DNA from: the human T2T-CHM13v2.0 reference genome, Homo sapiens
Reading direction: 5' to 3' (one strand)
NCBI RefSeq assembly: GCF_009914755.1
Contig: NC_060925.1
Length of the DNA: 64,000 bases
Positions 49,685-64,000 of the stretch are shown here, piece by piece (positions within the stretch are counted from its first letter, which is position 1; every line of letters starts with the position of its first letter). Under the pieces are notes generated by a model that saw nothing but the letters and a program-made list of their open reading frames with translations, made no database searches and was not told where the DNA came from. The position numbers and the translations under genes were made by a program.

Positions 49685-50735
49685 GTGAAATACATTGTAT
49701 TTTCAGTTCAAAAATAATTTTTAATTGCTATAAGAAACATCAACCACTTTCCTAGGACTTTTGACACATAAGACAAAGTCTACATATACTAGGTAAACAC
49801 AAGAGCATTATTAAATGAGTCAAAAATGTCAAAAAAAATCCCATATTCTCTTCTGGGGAAACTCAGAAAGATTTCAAGTATGAGTGTTAAGAATTAGAAA
49901 AGACTATCATAAGCTTTAACATTCTAAATAATAAGTAATTGAATTATTTCAGTTTAGTTACACAGCATCTTTTAAAGTCCATCTTTGCAAATTATACGTT
50001 GCTATAAATACATTGTGTATTTGGCATTATGTGAATTTGTTTAATCCAGTGTCAATTGTCTAATGGTCTAAAGTGTCCCATTGAAGTTATAATCTGGATG
50101 AACTGAACAATAAGAGAAGTTTTCTTCATTAGCCCAATTGTTTATCACTCAATTCCTACTCCTGCCCATGGTTTCTTCCACCTTCCTCTGGAGAACATAA
50201 AGAGATTCTAGATCTCTGTATAAGGTGGTTTGCTTTAGCTTGAAATCATCAGTGAGGATTATACATGGGCAATGTCCAGAAATCACATTATTGCTCATAG
50301 ACCGTGTAGTCTTGATCTAATGGATAACTGTACATTGTCTTCACTAAGAAGCTAGGGTGGTTGTCCTTGATATTGGGACATTGTAGACTTGGCCAGACCA
50401 ATGCCCAAATATTTCCCAAGACTTTTACCTAAGACTCTGCTCAGTATCCATTTGTCTACTGCTGGTCATCTGGAAGAATAAACTTCTCCTGAGTGGTACC
50501 AGCTTATGAGATTTCCTGAGTTGATACAGAGGTAAATGCATCTTTGTTGCACAATTTACAGTCTTTTTTTTTTTTTAAGAAAAAACATGATTTTGATCAT
50601 TGTACCACATGCCTTTATAAACTTTTGGTGTTATGATGCAAGATCTAATTATTATCAAATGTAGTGACGCTTGTTCCAAATTCTAAAATTGTTTCAATTA
50701 TGCCTTGGTTAGGGGTGACAGGAAGGCTCTGGTCT
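49685..50735 (-). other. GBP1: GBP1 3'UTR; candidate poly(A) signals ATTAAA (49720-49725) and AATACA (49696-49701)
   Basis: Colinear with the GBP3 3'UTR; end inferred. Confidence 0.6.
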
Positions 50736-60613
<9,878 letters not shown>

Positions 60614-61578
60614 GTCCAGGCTGTTCCCTTGTCTGCAAGAGAAGAGGTGAAATACATGAGAATTTCTAGTGTTTTGCAATTATAAGGGAGAATCATAAGA
60701 TTCCCCAGTATGGCCAAAAGTTTTGTGTGTGACAGCAAAAGAGATGAGGCAAAATCTGTATCATTTGAGAAAGTTATGGAAGTATTGTCAAAGTAGCTCA
60801 TTATGAAAAATGTTAGCATGACAGTGACTTATCAACACTCAACTACTCTCACGACCCAAATATTTCATTTAGTTTATTGTGGAAAACTTTCTTTTTGGAT
60901 TCTTATTAGATATTTTCACTAGTCAATTAATGGAAGATAGAATAGGATTTAGAGGATTTATTTGCATCCTGGCTGTATGTAAGGAATTCAATATTGATTC
61001 ACTTATTAATTCTCACAGTGAATAAACATCCAACACAGTGAATCAGTATTCATAGTTTGATGTTTACCCTTAGAAAAATTTCCAAAGATTTTTAAATGTG
61101 TTCCTTCCTCCATCTTCAAATGATTATGCTTATTTCACTGCAATGAGGATTGACAAAGCTTCTCACATTGCCATTCTGGAAGTGGTAACAATGTAACATA
61201 CTTTTGCAAATTTTATAAAACTATACAACCATGTGAAACACATGGCTAGGGAACCTTCCAAGGGCTCCTAAGGGTCATGTCCAAGAGAAGGGCCCTGAAA
61301 CTTAAGCTTCATTAGAGTCACGATAAGATAGCTTCTAAGTCACTGAGGGTATGAATGCAAAATTGCAAATACTGAATGTTTCCTCCAGATAATAAGGATT
61401 AAAAGATCAAGAGGCAGATAAAGAGAGCTACCTAGGAAGTTGTTCAAATAAAATATATTTCCAGCGATACAGCTTTAGGATTTCTGTTTTGTTCTGTTTT
61501 CCATTTGGTAGGGTAGGAGAAAGAGAAATAGAAAGAGGAGGAATAGTAGGAGTGGAGAGGAGGATAAGGGGCTGGGAA

Positions 61579-61579
61579 T

Positions 61580-61637
<58 letters not shown>
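61579..61637. repeat. (GT)n(GA)n compound microsatellite, GBP1 intron 1
   Basis: Visible run. Confidence 0.95.
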
Positions 61638-61641
<4 letters not shown>

Positions 61642-62522
61642 CTGTCAGACCAGAGGCGATGAATGAGGCTAGTGTCTTGACAAGGCATTCAGGGGAAGAC
61701 TTTGCAGAAGGCAGGATCAAAGTAGTCTGAGTGCATGGAGAGGTTAAAGTAAGCAAAGATATTTTCTGTAGAGATGCATTACAGGAGAATTAAAGAGGAA
61801 ACACTTTTGGCCCTGCTCTCTACTAAAAGAAGACAAAATTGGAAGCACTTCAGTGAAGCAGTGGGGTTGAATTTCACTTCTAAGGGACAGGGATCAGTGG
61901 GCACTAGGAAATTAGTGAGTCTGGACTATTTCTAAAGAAAGTAATCCATTCTGAAACAAAGTTCACAAGTGTAATAAAAAGTATACTGTTTTCATGAATC
62001 TTCATCTTTCAGGCTGAGTTTCAGTTTTTTCTTTGTCTTTAACCGTGTCAGTGGGCTGCTTACTCTGCTTCTCATTTGCTGTTCTTTCCTTCCATGAAAA
62101 GAACCCGTTTGTAACTCTTCCATTTCTTAGCTGCATAGAAGCAGGATTCAGTCCATCACTGACGATGGAAATGTAATCATATCCCTAGTCAACATAGATA
62201 ATGTCAACAAAGAGAAAGACTATCCTAGTACATTTCAAATGCTCAGTTTAGCCCCTGTCTACTGGTGCCTAATTCAACACAAGCACTGTAGTGGCACTTA
62301 AGGCCATGCTGTCCCTGATAACACCAGGATTTCATCTGACCTGCGTCCCACTTCAGGCTCATCTGCAGCCTAATTTGGTTCTGATGATGTTTAAGAAAAT
62401 GAACTGACCTTTATAAATTCCTTCCCATCCCTGCCACAACCTTATAGGTTCCATATCACTGAGCTGAGATCCTTTGGAGCTAGAGAGAAAGCTGCTTGAT
62501 GAGAAGTAGTAAAAGTTCTTAC

Positions 62523-62640
62523 CTGTTCTTTTTCTCCTTAGTTCACGAGCACTGGCTTCTAGCACTTCTGTGTCTCTCACTGGATCCCTGGACTAATATT
62601 TCACTGTTCCGAAGTTGTAGGGCTGGGATTTCCTCATTGA
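62523..62640 (-). other. GBP1: GBP1 non-coding exon 1 (TSS approximate)
   Basis: Donor CAG|GTAAG at 62523/62522; downstream of GAS/ISRE. Confidence 0.75.
62624..62633. promoter_or_regulatory. NF-kB-like site TGGGATTTCC in the GBP1 proximal promoter
   Basis: Near-consensus kB motif about 45 bp from the GAS; the GBP3 equivalent is TGGATTTTCC. Confidence 0.6.
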
Positions 62641-62676
62641 TGAAATATTTAGAAGCTAAGCAGATTTGTAATGGAT

Positions 62677-62700
62677 TTAGAGTAATATGAAACTGAAAGT
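62677..62700. promoter_or_regulatory. GBP1 adjacent GAS (TTACTCTAA on minus, 62677-62685) and ISRE (GAAACTGAAAGT, 62689-62700)
   Basis: The minus strand reads ACTTTCAGTTTCATATTACTCTAAATCC, the classical GBP1 IFN-response element. Confidence 0.9.
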
Positions 62701-63524
62701 ACTTCGTTCAAATCACTGACTCCACTACCATAAATGGAATTAGTGGAGTGTGCCAGTGGGAGGGTTTAAAGATTTCTCAACCAGAAGCTTCAAATTTTTT
62801 TTGTTGTTGTTGGAAATCTTAGAGACCATTTGTTGTCTAACAAAATGCCCATTAGGTTTTGAATACAATGATACATGTCTCATGGATTGAGTCAATTTGA
62901 GAAACCTAGAATGAGGAGGCATCATGTTAATTTTCAGCTACAATTTCCTAAAATAATAGACACACTCTCAATGGAGCTGCCTATTCTTTGAGAGGTGCAG
63001 TACATAAGGAAAGGACATGTTTAACACACTCATGAACACCTAACCCCTGGCACTTAATGCCCAGCACACAGTCAGGAGGGGGCTCCATGTGTTGTACTCA
63101 TGTTCTAGGCTCAGTACTGATGGCTTTACATGAATCGCACAACTGAAAACTCATAATATTTCCTCATGGTTTTATAGAAACTGAGCACAGAAAGACTTTA
63201 TTAGTTGTCTAAAATCATAACACTGTAACTAATCTGAACCCAAGCACTCATGATCCCATACCCTCTTCTTGAACCACTTCACTATGCTGCTTATTTACTA
63301 AGTGAAAAATTGTAGAAATATTTTATTTATAGGTTTTTTATTTTTAAATTTATTATAGTGTGATTTTATTTTTATAGATTGTTTTCTAAGAGCTGTTTGT
63401 GTTTTATGTCTAATTCAGTAATGACTTCTAGCATACAGAATAAGTGGCATTATCTCTATTTTACAGCAAAAGCAAATAAAATAGTAAAAAGCCTGAGTGA
63501 ACATTTCATTTAAAAATATATTTA

Positions 63525-63983
<459 letters not shown>

Positions 63984-64000
63984 AAGCATTTCTCACTTAC

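Overview
Human-like genomic DNA from the guanylate-binding protein (GBP) cluster. It holds two complete minus-strand, 11-exon, interferon-inducible GTPase genes that I reconstructed exon by exon with splice sites and phases checked. GBP3 runs from ATG 18119 to stop 5122 (595 aa, ends SHKLKI, no CaaX box). GBP1 runs from ATG 60613 to stop 50736 (592 aa, ends RRRKACTIS, farnesylation CaaX). They are a tandem duplicate (about 3670-21070 vs 49280-63510) separated by about 28 kb of transposon debris: a full-length L1PA, MER52, THE1, an ERV env/LTR remnant and many Alus. Main observations: (1) GBP3 carries a CaaX box (CRIS-stop) hidden one base out of frame directly behind a coding A10 tract, so loss of one A would give a 592-aa, GBP1-like, potentially farnesylatable GBP3; (2) both genes have a U12-type intron 4 inside an apparent gene-conversion tract; (3) GBP3 has an overlapping out-of-frame uORF that GBP1 lacks; (4) the GAS site has switched sides of a conserved ISRE; (5) there is an Alu/Y1-RNA tail-to-tail chimera. 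Repeat subfamily names and comparisons with reference alleles are from memory and were not computed.
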